From NCBI RefSeq assembly GCF_035594765.1, contig NC_085843.1:59256201-59320200 (forward strand): 64,000 bases of DNA, in the 5' to 3' direction. This stretch comes from Anolis carolinensis. Taxonomy: Eukaryota. Shown piece by piece: positions 24,811 to 37,449 of this stretch. The number at the start of each line of letters is the position of its first letter. The stretch's first letter is position 1. A program made the translations under genes and the position numbers. The notes below the pieces were generated by a model that worked only from the letters and a program-made list of their open reading frames with translations, had not been told where the DNA came from and made no database searches.

Positions 24811-25270
24811 TGTGAGGTATATTGGAAACTAGGCAAGAAAGGTTTATATATCTGTGGAAGGTACAGGGTGGAAGAAAGAACTTGTCTGTTGGGCGCAAGT
24901 GTGAATATTGTAATTAATCACCTTGATTAGCATTTAATAGGCATGCAGCTTCAAGGCCTGCCTGCTTCCTGCCTTGGGGAATCTTACATTGGGAGGTGTT
25001 AGCTGACCCTCATTTTTTCATGTCTGGAATTCCCCTGTTTTCAGAGTGTTGCTATTTATTTACTGTCCTGATTTTAGAGTTTTTTAAATACTGGTATCCA
25101 GATTTTGTTCATTTTCATGGTTTCCTCTTTTCTGCTGAAATTATCCACATGCTTGTGGATTTGAATGGCTTCTCTGTGTAGTCTGACATAGTGATTGTTA
25201 GAGTGGTCTAGCATAGACCTTCCACAGATATATAAACCTCGCTTGCCAAGTTTCCAATATACATCACAAT

Positions 25271-25318
25271 GTCTGAAGATGCCTGCCATAGATGTGAGTG
25301 AAATGTTGGGAGAGAATG
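25271..25318 (+). ncRNA. Minimal PLE hammerhead motif (decayed)
   Basis: CUGAAGA-UGCCUGC cauagau GUGAGU-GAAA-UGUU. Confidence 0.5.
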
Positions 25319-25572
25319 CTCCTGAAAAATGGCCATACGGCCCGGAAAACTCACAGCAACCCAGTGATTCTGGCCACAAAAGCCTTTGACAACACATAGA
25401 ACTGATTGTTGCTTATGAAATGCTGAATTTATTGACATAATTTTTCTTTGTTGGAGTCATAATGCCTCCTTCCTTTTAAACAAACTCTTGTCCCAATCTG
25501 AATGAATTTAAAGTACTTCACCGAGCTTGCGCTAGAATTTATTATTCCAGCAACAATCATTCTGGGGTAGCT

Positions 25573-25596
25573 GTGTGTGTGTGTGTGTGTGTGTGT
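25573..25596. repeat. (TG)n microsatellite
   Basis: Direct reading. Confidence 0.95.
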
Positions 25597-27189
25597 ACAT
25601 GCGTGTGCACTTATGTGTGCATGTGGGCATGTTTTCGATTTTCTCAGTGCTGAATAACTGAAGTGCTTGAAAGGGGAGAAAATAACTCACAAATATGCCA
25701 AATGGACAAACTGCAGCTGAGAATGCTACTGTGTGCTGTTAATGGGTGCAAATGGAATAGCAGATTCCATTTGTTAATCTATTCAGCCAATATTTTAGAG
25801 ACAGAGGCACAAACCTATGCATTACACTAGAGCTATGTATGAGAAAGACTCAGCAGTGCATTTTTGATTATGAAGCATCCTAAGAGAGAAAAATGAACAG
25901 CAGCCCATTTTCTCTTAATCTACCTGCTTTATAGGATAGTTTATCTGGGGAGAGATAGGAGTGGGGTGTTAATGTCATTTTTAAAAGAAGGGGAAAATTT
26001 AACCAATTTTCTTCCTGCTCTGAAAAAATGTTTTCAAAAACCATGGTTTTCTAATACTATACACAATTCAGGACTGATTCTGTGCAAGATCCACACTATG
26101 TTCTGTGTGAAGAAAATGTTCTTTCTTGTGCAGAAAGCTGTATTTGAATATAAATAAATACAGTTATTTTCTGCTCGGAAATGTTGCACATCTCATACAA
26201 AATTAAAACTACATATTTTGTGCAAAATAAGTCTCATTCTGCAAAGATTCTTGTCAGTTCAGAATCCTTCTCATCAGGACTTCCTGCGCTCAAGAAACAT
26301 GTTCTTCTTTTCTGTTTTTTTTAATGTTGAATATTCTTTCCCTCCCTCCTGCTTTACCATAACAGGGTTATGCACAATACACAATGTAGTCATTGGTCAA
26401 GAAGACTAGTGGTGGCAAAACAGCTTTGGGGAAAAATTGAGGCATTGAGCACTCCTGTGGTGACTCACAATGACTTCTGATAAACATATGTGGGGATGAA
26501 TACACTCTAAGCATTAGTCCAGAATTTAAAGGGGTGATCCAAGGTGATTAATCTATTTTGGGATAAGCCTGGGCACTTTTCATACCTTCTTTAAGGTTTA
26601 GACTCAAACTCAGATCAGATTCACTGTGCTACTGACATGAAAGACCACTGTGCAAGAGACAAAAGTCAGTTGAACAAACAGGATTTAAAAATTCCCTATC
26701 ATCGTTTTGGGCTCACCAGCTCCAAAGACATACTAGTGAGATAACAGATGGCATCTTCTAGCAGAAAAGAACTTTGCAAACAAATCCAATTCCATTGTCA
26801 GCCTGGTGAAATAGCACACCACTCTAAGAACAGAACTTAAAAAATTATGTACTACCACCAATTCAATTTTGGTCTCTCTGGGGGTGATAGGGACAAGAGT
26901 TCACTCCATTCAGTGTTAACAAACATGTTGTCCTTTGCAGGTACCTTGGAGCAGAGAGTTAGATCATATTTCTGTACCTACCATATGGCATGATACAAAG
27001 GAATCCTCTCAATATGGTACTTCAGATGTTTTAGTGAAAAATTGCATCATAGATATCTCAGCACACATTCATAATAGATATACTAAAGAACTGATTCTTT
27101 TTTTCCTCCTGAAGAATCTTCTAAGGCCAGACCTATCTTTCATTTTTCTTTAGGTAAATGTTATATACTAACACCCTGTGTCATATATT

Positions 27190-27671
27190 CCCCATGCAAA
27201 GGACTGTTACCTTGTCGTGGTGCTGGGGCAATGGTATTCCCCAAAGTAACCTATGGTTGCAAGAGCTGAACCATAAGGAAGGCTGAGCGAAGGAAGATAG
27301 ATACTTTAGAACTTTGGTGCTGGATGAAAATCCTGAGAATGCCTTGGACCACAAGAAGATCCAACCAGTCCATCCTCCGGGAAATAATGCCCAACTGCTC
27401 ACTGGAGGGAAGGATACTACAGGCAAAGATGAAGTATTTTGGCCACATCATGAGAAGACAGGAAAGTTTGGAAAAGATCATGATGCTGGGGAAAATGGAA
27501 GGAAAAAGGAAGAGAGGTTGACCAAGAGCAAGATGGATGGATGGTATCCTTGAAGTGACTGGCATGAACTTGAAGGAACTGGGGGTGGCAACAGTCGACA
27601 GGGAGTTCTGGCATAGACTGATCCATGAAGTCACAAAGAGTTGGAAATGACCGTGTGATTGAGCAGCAGCA
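27190..27671 (+). mobile_element. Internally deleted RTE-BovB (5' tip fused to 3' end)
   Basis: ccttgtcgtgg 5' motif; C-terminal LWCW..ILRMPWT.RRSNQSIL...KYFGHIMRR..SLEK..MLGKMEGKRKRG; TSD gtgtcatatatt at 27178-27189 and 27672-27683. Confidence 0.85.
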
Positions 27672-27979
27672 GTGTCATATATTAATTTGCACAAAGCTAC
27701 AACCTCATGAGTCACAACCATTGGTGCTTTTCTTCAGTTTGTATATTGACATTACAGTTTTGTCTTTCAAACAAAATCATCTGGATGATTACTATGAGTC
27801 TTCCTTGTCCAGTATTTTATGGGACACAGACCCATCCAGCTCTTTCTAGGAAGCTGAGATTGAAACTGCTAGACCTTTTACCACTGTATAAAGTGGTGTA
27901 CTGCCTCCACAGATGGAAATGTAAAGCTCCTGATTATCCTTATCTAGAAAGTTAAATAACATCAGAAGATTGATCTGGA

Positions 27980-28555
27980 CCTAGCTATTATCTACCAGTC
28001 AAGAGTCCAGAATCCTTGCAAATACAATCTCAAGAGTCAGTCCACAGGAATATCTATAAAAATGATAGAATGAATCCAAGGCAGACAATCTATGCTACAC
28101 ATGAATTAGAAAGAGCAACAAATTTGGAAACTTGGACACATGAATTCCAAAAACGTAGAACCAAGAACCAAGAGCTGTTCACCTAATTACAAAATTGCTC
28201 TCACAAAGTATTGTACCAGCAGAAACTACTTTAAAATGCCTCAATACCTCCCATAGCATCATTTCTCACACACCTGCTTTCCCTCTCTTTATCTCTAAGC
28301 CTCTGGGAAAATCAAGTCTGCCTTTGTTTTACTCTCTGCCTCTGAAGTTCCAAATGCCTTGACCTGGACTAACATTTATCACTCACATTTCTCTCAGCCT
28401 GCACTTCTGGCAGGTTTTCATGAGAACTGATATTGCTTTCTCCAGTCTCATGGGAACTGCCAGGAGATTCCAAAACCTCTTCTGGGCCTTCTGAATCTAT
28501 CCCAGAACCCCTTTCCTCATCTTCCAAGCACTCAGAATCTGACCAGACTACAACA
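27980..28555 (-). mobile_element. Probable LTR remnant (left boundary uncertain)
   Basis: Minus strand starts TGTTGTAG; composition similar to the other LTRs in the window. Confidence 0.45.
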
Positions 28556-28557
28556 TT

Positions 28558-28610
28558 TATCATCATCATCATCACCACCATCATCATCACCATCATCAAC
28601 ATCATCATCA
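28558..28610. repeat. (CAT)n/(CAC)n microsatellite
   Basis: Direct reading. Confidence 0.9.
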
Positions 28611-28660
28611 GAAAAGTGCATTCCAATGACTTTTGTTTGCCAGAAATGCTCATCATTTCT

Positions 28661-31361
28661 GAGGCTCATAGTGCTGGGGGAATTCAATGTCCATGCCGAG
28701 ACCATCCTCTCAGGTGCAGCTCAGGACTTCATGGTCGCCATGGCAACCATGGGGCTGTCCCAATTAGTAACAGGCCCTACCCACAGTGCGGGACACACAC
28801 TGGACTTGGTCTTCTGTCAGGGATGGGAGGAAGGTGGCAGTGTGGAGGAGCTCACAATCGCTCCGTTGCCATAGACCAACCATCACCTGATCAGGTTTAG
28901 ACTTACTGCGCCCCCCAACCTCTGCAGGGGTGGTGGAACTATTAAAATGGTCTGCCCCAGGAGACTTATGGATCCAGAAGGATTCCTGACGGCTCTTGGG
29001 GAATTTTCCGCCTCCTCGGAGGGTGATCCTGTTGATGCTCTGGTCTCTCTCTGGAATTGAGAGATGACTAGGGCAATAGACACGATCGCTCCGGAGCGTC
29101 CCCTCTCAAGTAACCGAGCTAAACCAGCTCCTTGGTTTACTGAGGAGCTGGCAGCGATGAAGCGAAAGAAGAGGGAACTAGAGGGTGTGTGGTGATCAGA
29201 GTATAGCTTGTCAGACTGAACACGGCTAGGCTCCTATCTTAGGGCATATGCCACGGCAATCAAAGCCTCAAGGAGAGTCCACCTTGCGGCCAATATTGCG
29301 TCCGCACAGAACCGTCTGGCAGCGCTGTTCCGTGTCATCACAGAGTTGTTAACTCCCACCAATCAAGGTGAGAGCCCTGATAACTCGGCAGCCTGCTGTG
29401 AAGCATTTGCTCGGTTTTTTGCAGACAAAGTCGTTCTGATCCGCTCCGACTCTGACACCATATTAACGGCAGTCTCTGAGGATGTAACGAGTGCACCTGC
29501 TTGTCCAGTTTTGTTGGATTCATTTCAATTGGTTGAGTTCGAGGATGTGGACAAGATCCTTGGAGAGGCGAGACCGACTACATGCATCCTGGACCCCTGC
29601 CCATCCTGGCTGGTGAGAGAAGCCAGAGTGGGTTTGGCTGAGTGGGTGAAGGTGGTGGTGAATGCCTCCCTTCAGGAGGGCAAGTTTCCAGCGAGCCTAA
29701 AAATGACTGTGATCAAGCCGCTGTTGAAAAAGCCATCATTGGATCCCACTCAAATCGGAAACTTTTGGCCTATTTCCAATCTCCCCTATTTGGGCAAGGT
29801 CTTGGAACATGTGGTTGCTTCGCAGCTCCAGGGATTCTTGGTGGACACTGATTTTCTGGATCCGGCACAGTCTGGCTTTAGGCCGGGGCATGGTAACAAG
29901 ACAGCCTTGGTCGCCTTAGTCAGTGATCTTCGCCGGGAACTGGACAAGGGGAGTGTGTCCCTGTTGGTTCTGCTGGACCCCTCAGCGGCCTTCGATACTG
30001 TCGATCATGGTATCCTTCTGGGACGCCTCGCGGGAATGGGACTTGGAGATACTACTCTGCAGTGGCTCCACTCATTCTTGGAGGGTTGGTCCCAGATGGT
30101 GTCATTGGGGGATGCCTGCTCGGCCCCACAACCATTGACTTGTGGGGTCCCACAGGGCTCTGTATTGTCTCCCATGTTGTTTAACATCTACATGAAGCCA
30201 CTGGGAGAGATCATCAGGAGTTTGGGGGTCCGGTGTCATCTGTACACAGATGATATCCAGCTCTGTCACTCCTTCCCACCTGTCACTAAGGAGGCTGTTC
30301 AGGTCCTGAACCGGTGCTTGGACGCTGTGTCAGACTGGATGAGGGCCAACAAATTGAAACTGAATCCAGACAAGACAGAGGTCCTCCTGGTCAGTCGGAA
30401 GGCCAAACATGGTATAGGGTTACAGCCTGTGCCTGATGGGGTCACAATCCCCCTGAAGGCACAGGTGCACAGTCTGGGGGTGATCCTAGACTCATCGTTG
30501 AACCTGGAGCCCCAGGTCTCGGCAGTGGCCAGGGGAGCCTTCACACAGTTAAAACTCAGCCGCCAGCTGCAACTTTACCTTGGGAAGCCGGACTTGGCCA
30601 CGGTGGTCCACGCGCTTGTTACATCCCGTTTAAACTACTGCAACACACTCTACGTGGGGCTGCCTTCGAAGACTGTTCAGAAGCTTCAATTAGTCCAACG
30701 GGAGGCTGCCAGGTTAATAACTGGAGTGGAGTACAGGGAGCGTACCACTCCTCTGTTAAGCCAGCTCCACTAGCTGCCGATTAGCTACTGAGCACAATTC
30801 AAGGTGCTGGCTTTAGCCTATAAAGCTCTAAACAGTTCCAGCCCAGCTTATCTGTCCTAACGTGTCTCCCGCTACGACCCACCTTGAAGCTTAAGATCAT
30901 CAGGTGAGGCCCTGCTTGCTGTCCCATCAACCTCACAGGTGCAGCTGGCGGGGACGAGAGACAGGACCTTTTCAGTGGTGGCTCCCCAGCTATGGAACGC
31001 CCTCACCATTGAAGTCAGGCAGGCTCCCTCCCTCCTGTCTTTCCAAAAGAGAACAAAAACGTGGTTATGGGACCAGGCATTTGACCATGAGTAGCAGCAA
31101 AAATGAGATATGAATATATGACCTACTGACAGACCCCATCTAGACATGGAAAGCGCCTTAAATGTATATTTAAATGTATAATTATGTATATTTTAATGTA
31201 TATTCTTAATTTTATTGTAATTTTTAATCTTGATGGATTTTTAAATTTGATGAAAACTGTTTTTTGATGTGTATGTTTATATTGTAATCCGCCCTGAGTC
31301 CCCTGATGGGTGAGAAGGGCGGGGTAGAAGTGATGTAATAAACAAACAAACAAATAAATAA
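28661..31361 (+). mobile_element. L2 LINE, 5'-truncated
   Basis: EN motifs LIVLGEFNVH and GHTLDLV; RT ORF; L2 tail gccctgagtccc...aagggcgggg followed by (TAAA/CAAA)n; TSD atcatttct at 28652-28660 and 31362-31370. Confidence 0.93.
29346..30773 (+). pseudogene. L2 ORF2 RT domain fragment (475 aa open; stops on both sides)
   Basis: PISNLPYLGKVLE, QSGFRPGH, AAFDTVDH, GVPQGSVLSP, YTDD, LKLNPDKTE. Confidence 0.9.
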
Positions 31362-32216
31362 ATCATTTCTTGCTGTGGCCATTATTTCTTCACAAAAGAT
31401 GGTACATTGTATTCATTAAAAAGGAAAACCAGACAAGAATTGTTCCAACACTATTAATCAGAATAATAGGTCATTCAAAAACATATATGTATAATCTTTT
31501 TAAAGGTATTGAGACACAGAGAATGAATAACCTTGATTTATGAAAAATTGGATATGGATTTGTGTCTACTAAGCAACAGCAACCAAATGGATATGCCATG
31601 ACAATCCTGCAATATGTGTACCTTGCTAGAAACAGGCTACAGTGTACATGAGGTGACAAAAATAAGTCAATTATTTGAAGGCCAAAAACGTAAATAAGTA
31701 TTTGATTGCTTTAAAAAAAATCAAAGCTAGGTACACAATTATGTTTGGCAAAGTCAAGGGAACTTAAAGTGCTTTTAAAATCTCATTCCTTTGGCCCCAT
31801 CTTTGCTGGTGCCACCAGAAAGGAGGTGGTGGGCATAATCACAGACATCTCAACTGTAGTTTGGGAAGGCCAGGCCCCCAATGGTAGAGATTGCACAAGG
31901 CCGTGCTATAAACTACATTTCCCAGAATGCAAAGCTGCTCAGGAGCCAAATGATAGCTGAAGGACCCAAATAGATGGCTGCAGCAGTCACTGTTTAGATT
32001 TAGTCTAAATAAAATTATTAAATCTGCAAAGACGACTAAAGCAAACAAGCATAAGCAACTTTGGCAAAGCCAAGATAATATAGTGTGATTAAAAAACATT
32101 CTTTTTTACTTTGGACCATTGTCATAAGAAAGGCACTGTGGGGGTCAGCCAGCCAGCCATTTAGAATCAGTCTAATGATAAAATTATTGAATATGCAAAG
32201 AGGGCTGAAGTAAGTA

Positions 32217-32538
32217 CAGTAGAGTGTCACTTATCCAAGCTAAATGGGCCGGCAGAAGCTTGGATAAGTGAATATCTTGGATAATAAGGAGGGATTAAGG
32301 AAAAGCCTATTAAACATCAAATTAGGTTATGATTTTACAAATTAAGCACCAAAACATCATGTTATACAATAAATTTGACAGAAAAAGTAGTTCAATACGT
32401 AGTAATGGTATGTTGTAATTACTGTATTTACAAATTTAGCACCAAAATATCATGATATATTGAAAACATTGACTACAAAAATGGCTTGGATAATCCAGAA
32501 GTTGGATAAGCGAGGCTTGGATAAGTGAGACTCTATTG
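32217..32538. mobile_element. Tc1/mariner-type MITE
   Basis: TIR cagtagagt.tcacttatccaa / ttggataagtgagactctattg with TA on both sides. Confidence 0.9.
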
Positions 32539-32543
32539 TAATA

Positions 32544-32868
32544 CAGTAGAGTTTCACTTATCCAACACTCGCTTATCCAACGTTCCGGATTATCCAATGC
32601 ATTTTTGTAGTTGATGTTTTCAATACATCGTGATATTTTGGTGCTAAATTCGTAAATACAGTAATTACTACATAGCATTACTGCGTATTGAACTACTTTT
32701 TCTGTCAAATTTGTTAAACAATAAATTTAGTTTTGGTGCTCAATTTGTAAAACCATAACCTAATTTGATGTGTAATAGGCTTTTCCTTAATCCCTCCTTA
32801 TTATCCAACATATTTGCTTATCCAACGTTCTGCCGGCCTGTTTATGTTGGATAAGTGAGACTCTACTA
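32544..32868. mobile_element. Tc1/mariner-type MITE, inverted relative to 32217-32538
   Basis: Same TIRs and TA TSD; interior is the reverse complement of the neighbour. Confidence 0.9.
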
Positions 32869-33134
32869 TAGGATAAATCTGTGCTAAGTTGAAGTTATGT
32901 GGTTGTGTGTCATAAAGACAAACAGACATTCAAAGGGATTGCTGTTGTTGCTTTTGAGGGAATAAATTGATTTGCTTTAAGCCAATTTCTGTGCTGTGCT
33001 GTAAAAAAAAATGTAATGATCTATATGGATTGTCTTGAGGGTCCCCTCCAACTCAACAGAAGAAGCAAACGAATGTCAGGAGAGTGTGCATGCTGCCTTT
33101 CTGCCAAGGAGGAGGTCAGTCTAGATGTCCCTTG

Positions 33135-34672
33135 TGTCTGTATTATGATTTCTGTTTCTGGGTTATAAATGTCATTTCCTAAATGGTGTGACGCCCCTGG
33201 CTGCGAGAACACTGGAAACCAATACACCAAGGCCAATAAACAATCTAATATCTTTATTAAGGAATTAAGAAATTAAAACAAAAATAAGCAGAAGGTATAG
33301 TTTATCAATAGACCTTTCAGGAAAGGTCAAATATAGTCCAGTAATATATTGTCCAATGTATAATATTAGAGTTCAAAGTTTGTAATCCAAAACTGAAACA
33401 CACTCAAACTTCCAAGCAGTTTGAGTGGGGAAACGTCCAAGTCTTTTACTAGAGTTCAAAGCAAGTCCAAGGCAAGGAATTGAAGACAAGGCTGGATACA
33501 CGGCACGACAAGGCAAGGCTGGAAACACGGCAAGACAAGACAAGGAACATGGCTAGGCAAGGCACGGCAAGGCTGGAAGGTAGTGGACTTAAACACAGTC
33601 CACACTTGGCTGGAAGTGAAGTTAATCCTCCAAACTGACACGTTGACTCCACGCTGGCTAGCCAGCGCACAGAACTTTTAAGAACTTCGAATCTTCCCTC
33701 GGAACAGGTGTCTCAACTGCTCTTTTCCCAAGGGAAAAGAGCTAGAACAACATCTTGACCAGATGCAATCCTCCCTTAGAATTCTCAGGGGAAAATAGGT
33801 TAATCAGCAGATTCCCTTGCTGCTTATTGCGCGCTTCATCTCCTGCCAGCTTTCTCCTGTCTGTTAGTCTCCACAAACATTCTTCTATCAAAGGGAGGGG
33901 AACTGGGAAGAGAAGACTCCGTTTCAAGGCCCTTTTTAATGAGCACTGAACTAGAATTGTCAATAGGGAACATCTGGAACGGAGCAGAGTCTTGCTGAAT
34001 TGGCACTAAACCTGTTTCCTCATCACTGTTGTCCACAATGGAGTCAGGTTCACGGCCCAAGGGTCCATGGGACATCACAATTGGTCTGTCATAAAAACAT
34101 GACAAAAGTTTATTACACTGCCAAAACTTTGTCATTGCACAAGGGACATCGTATTATATATAGTAGCATATTTTGCTTTTTTGAGTCTCCACTAATTCAA
34201 AACAGTTTCTGTCACAAAAACAAAGTTTCTGAGCAGAACAACTACTTTCAAAGTAAAGACCACACAATGAAACAGGAAATAATACTTTCAAACCAGGAAC
34301 AGATTTTCTTTACAATTAAAAATGTTTTTTATAAAAATTTAGAAAATTCACCCCAAACCCATGAATAAGTTAAACATTCTGAAATTTGGTGGGCTAACAG
34401 TGGTGAATGTGTTTTATTACTGTAATAAGTTTAATCAGAATAGCTCATAAATGAGGGAAAGAGAAGCCCCTGAAGTTCCCCCATTGCAATTGATGCTTTC
34501 CCTATTGCACAATCACGACCGCCATTAACAAATTACTTTGGAAGATTCATAAATTTCATTAGAGTTCTGAAATTTTTGCCCCCAAAATTTGGAAAGAACT
34601 TTAGAAATGAAGTGCCAGTGCCCCCTCTTTTGAACACAGTTTAGAACCATTTTAATGGATTGCTCATGCCTA
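33135..34672 (-). mobile_element. Non-autonomous hAT arm interrupted by a solo LTR
   Basis: Ends in ggattgctcatgccta; reverse-complement homology to 35608-36250. Confidence 0.7.
33187..34079 (-). mobile_element. Solo LTR (893 bp)
   Basis: TGTGAC...ATCACA termini; 5-bp TSD aatgg/attgg (one mismatch); minus-strand AATAAA near 33253; internal caaggc repeats. Confidence 0.85.
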
Positions 34673-34694
34673 CTTCCTATAGTAAACTTTAGCC

Positions 34695-34909
34695 CAGTGG
34701 TTCCCAAACTTATTTGGCCTACCGCCCCCTTTCCAGAAAAAATATTACTCAGAGCCCCCTGGAAATTATTTTTTTTAATTTTTAATAGCAATTAAACAGA
34801 AAGATATATGTATTAATGCATATGGCAAATGCACCTGTGGCCATCACCACCCCCCTGGATCAATGCAGTGCCCACCAGGGGGCGGTAGCACCCACTTTGA
34901 GGATCACTG
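34695..34909. mobile_element. hAT MITE
   Basis: TIRs cagtggttcccaaa / tttgaggatcactg; exact 8-bp TSD ctttagcc at 34687-34694 and 34910-34917. Confidence 0.92.
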
Positions 34910-35249
34910 CTTTAGCCACTGCAGATCTTTCACTGTTAATATTTATATATGGGATGGGAATGAAGGTGAGTTGTATGACTGAAAATTTGATCCCCCCCCC
35001 CCCCCCCAAAGCAGTTACTCCAGCTACTTGATGTAACTGGAAGACACCTCCATCTTGTAGCATGTAAGTGCTTGAAGGCAATGCCAGTAGATTGTAAATT
35101 CTGGAAAGTTCTACTAGTAGATTCTCATATTTTAACTCACGTTACAGCTCTCACAGATAAGCTAAAGGCTAAAGAAGGCTGAAGACCTTGTGAAACCACA
35201 ACTCCCTGGATTCTGTAGCACACTGTGTGCAAATAGCAGGAAAGAAGAT

Positions 35250-35466
35250 TCTATCTAAATATTAAGAAGAATTTCCTGATGGTCAGAGATATTGAGCAGT
35301 AGAATCTACTGACTCTCAGGGTGGTGGATCCTCCTTCTCTATTTTTTTTTTGAAAAAAACAGAGACTGGGTGGCCATCTTTCAGATGTGTTTTGATTATA
35401 TGTTCCTGCATGGCAGGGGGTTGGACCAGATGGTCTTTGTGGCCCTTCCAACTCTATGAGTCTATG
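35250..35466 (+). mobile_element. CR1 3' end
   Basis: ggggttggaccagatg...cccttccaactctatgagtctatg tail. Confidence 0.8.
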
Positions 35467-37074
35467 CCACCAGCTGGTGAACTGATCACAATAAATATGC
35501 ATGAAACTGAAGAAATGTGCATCATCATAGATCTTCAAGGTATATGAATACTTACTTATCAATGTTAATTGAAAATAGAATGAATCATATACAAGTAGAC
35601 TGGCCACTATGCATGTGCGATCCAGGAAAAAAATGATTCTAAACTCAGTTCGAAAGTAGGGGGTGTTGGTGCTTTGTTTCTAAAGTCATTTCAGAATTTT
35701 GAAGCAAAAAATTCAAAACTTTCTGGAACTTCAGAATATTCGTAAGTACATCATTAATGGGGGATGCGCAAGCACAATAGCAAAAAAAGTACTGGGGAAA
35801 ATTTAGGGGACTCTCCCACCCTCATTTTTTTAGCTATCCTGATGAAACTTGCGACAATGGTAGAACACATTTATCCCTGTTAGCTCACTGAATTTCAGAA
35901 TGTTTCCCTTATCTTCTGATTTTTGGTGAATTTTTGATAGCTTATATAAAAAACATTTTTTAATAATTGCAGAAATCTGTTCCTGTTTGAAAGTCTTATT
36001 TCCTGTTTCATTGGGTTGTCTTTACTTTGAAAGTCTTTGTTCTACTTCAGAAACTTTGTTTTTGTGGCTGAAACTCTGTTAAATTTGTGGACACCCAGCA
36101 AACCATAATGTGCTATCAATCATAGCATGATATCCCTTGCACAAAGACAAAGTTCTGCCAGTATAATCATGTTTTGCCATGTTTTTGTGGCAGATCCAAT
36201 TAGGAAGTGACAGTTATCATCCAGGAACAGAAATCACAGTACACCATCAAACCACTCCTAACAGATGCCATTGGCCTCAGAATATGGAAATCTGTTCCTG
36301 GTTTGAAAGTGTTATTTTCTGTTTTGCATGGCTTTTTGGGGGCTGAGAGTTTGTGACCTGAATCCTGAGAGCTTGAACCCAAAGACGAATTCAGCTATGT
36401 GTAACATGGCTGGGGTCCCCAGACTTAGGGAATCCAGCAGAAAGGGTTTCTGGAAATGATGAGACACACAGTGCTTTGACGAGGCCAAACAAACATAAAA
36501 TAAGCCCTTTCCCCTACCTAATATACCACCAACACCCACTTTTTCTTCCAAAATAAATGCTTTCTTCTAGCTCCTTGATTTTATAATAAAATGCATCAGA
36601 TTTTTAAAATAAGCACTTTCCCCTCCCAACCCCCACTTTTTTCCTCAAAAAATAAACATTTCTTCTTTTGTACTTTAGTTTAGAATTTTAAAAGAAAAAA
36701 CAACAACCCTCTTTCTCACTCCACCCCAAAAATGCCTTTTCTTCTTTGTTAAGAGTTGAATTCTTCTTTCGGTGGCTGCCCCAGTGCCTCTAGGTCGCCC
36801 TCCAACAACAGGCCAAGCAGGTACAGACAGCAAAAGACGATCCACCCTCTTGGCTCCAATGTCTAAGCCAGAATGAGCCTCGTGGCTTGCAGCAGACACT
36901 TTTGAAGGAAGACATCCAAACTCCTTCCCTTACAGGAACATCCACACCAATTGGTCAGGGAAGTAAGCCCAGGGTAGGCTGCTTCTCCCTGCAAACAAAG
37001 TTTGGTTGCTTCCAAAATGCTTTCCCATATATCCGAACAAATAACAAGCCCATTAAATGAATGGGCTCCAATGC

Positions 37075-37207
37075 TATGGTTAAACTTGGGCCCTCCAGGT
37101 GTTCTGGACTTCAACTCCCACAATTCCTACCAGCTGGTAGGGTGTTAGGAATTGTTGGAGTTGAAGTCCAAAACACCTGGAGGGGAGGGCCAAAGTTTGC
37201 CCAGCCT
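37075..37207. mobile_element. hAT MITE (palindromic)
   Basis: ggccctccaggtgttctggacttcaactccc...gagttgaagtccaaaacacctggaggg. Confidence 0.8.
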
Positions 37208-37449
37208 GCTATGTAGATGCTTATTGTTTCCATGTCTTACTTCTGATGTCAGTATTTTTAATATAGAAATCGGCTATTTTGCCTAGACAGATGATTATGC
37301 CACTGCTTCACAGTCATGTCTTATTGGTGTAAAATACAAGCATGATTGGAGGGAAACAGGCCCATATAAATGATCAGCATCAGCTCATAATGTTATTCTA
37401 GATGGACAATGGCCCAGACTTCAGGTGGTGGTGCTGGTGCAGAACACCT

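Larger units (their letters stand above)
24716..25396. mobile_element. Penelope/Poseidon-type PLE remnant with inverted pLTRs
   Basis: 24716-24860 and 25219-25362 are inverted copies; minus-strand GIY-YIG C-terminus RLHREAIQIHKHVDNFSRKEETMKMNKIW lies between them. Confidence 0.88.

Noticed and set aside
28369-28900. ORFs with poly-Ile or poly-Met tracts
   Set aside because: Translation of the (CAT)n microsatellite spanning an LTR/L2 junction
33470-33575. Short caaggc repeats resembling a CRISPR-like array
   Set aside because: Degenerate tandem repeats inside a solo LTR, without unique spacers, in vertebrate DNA
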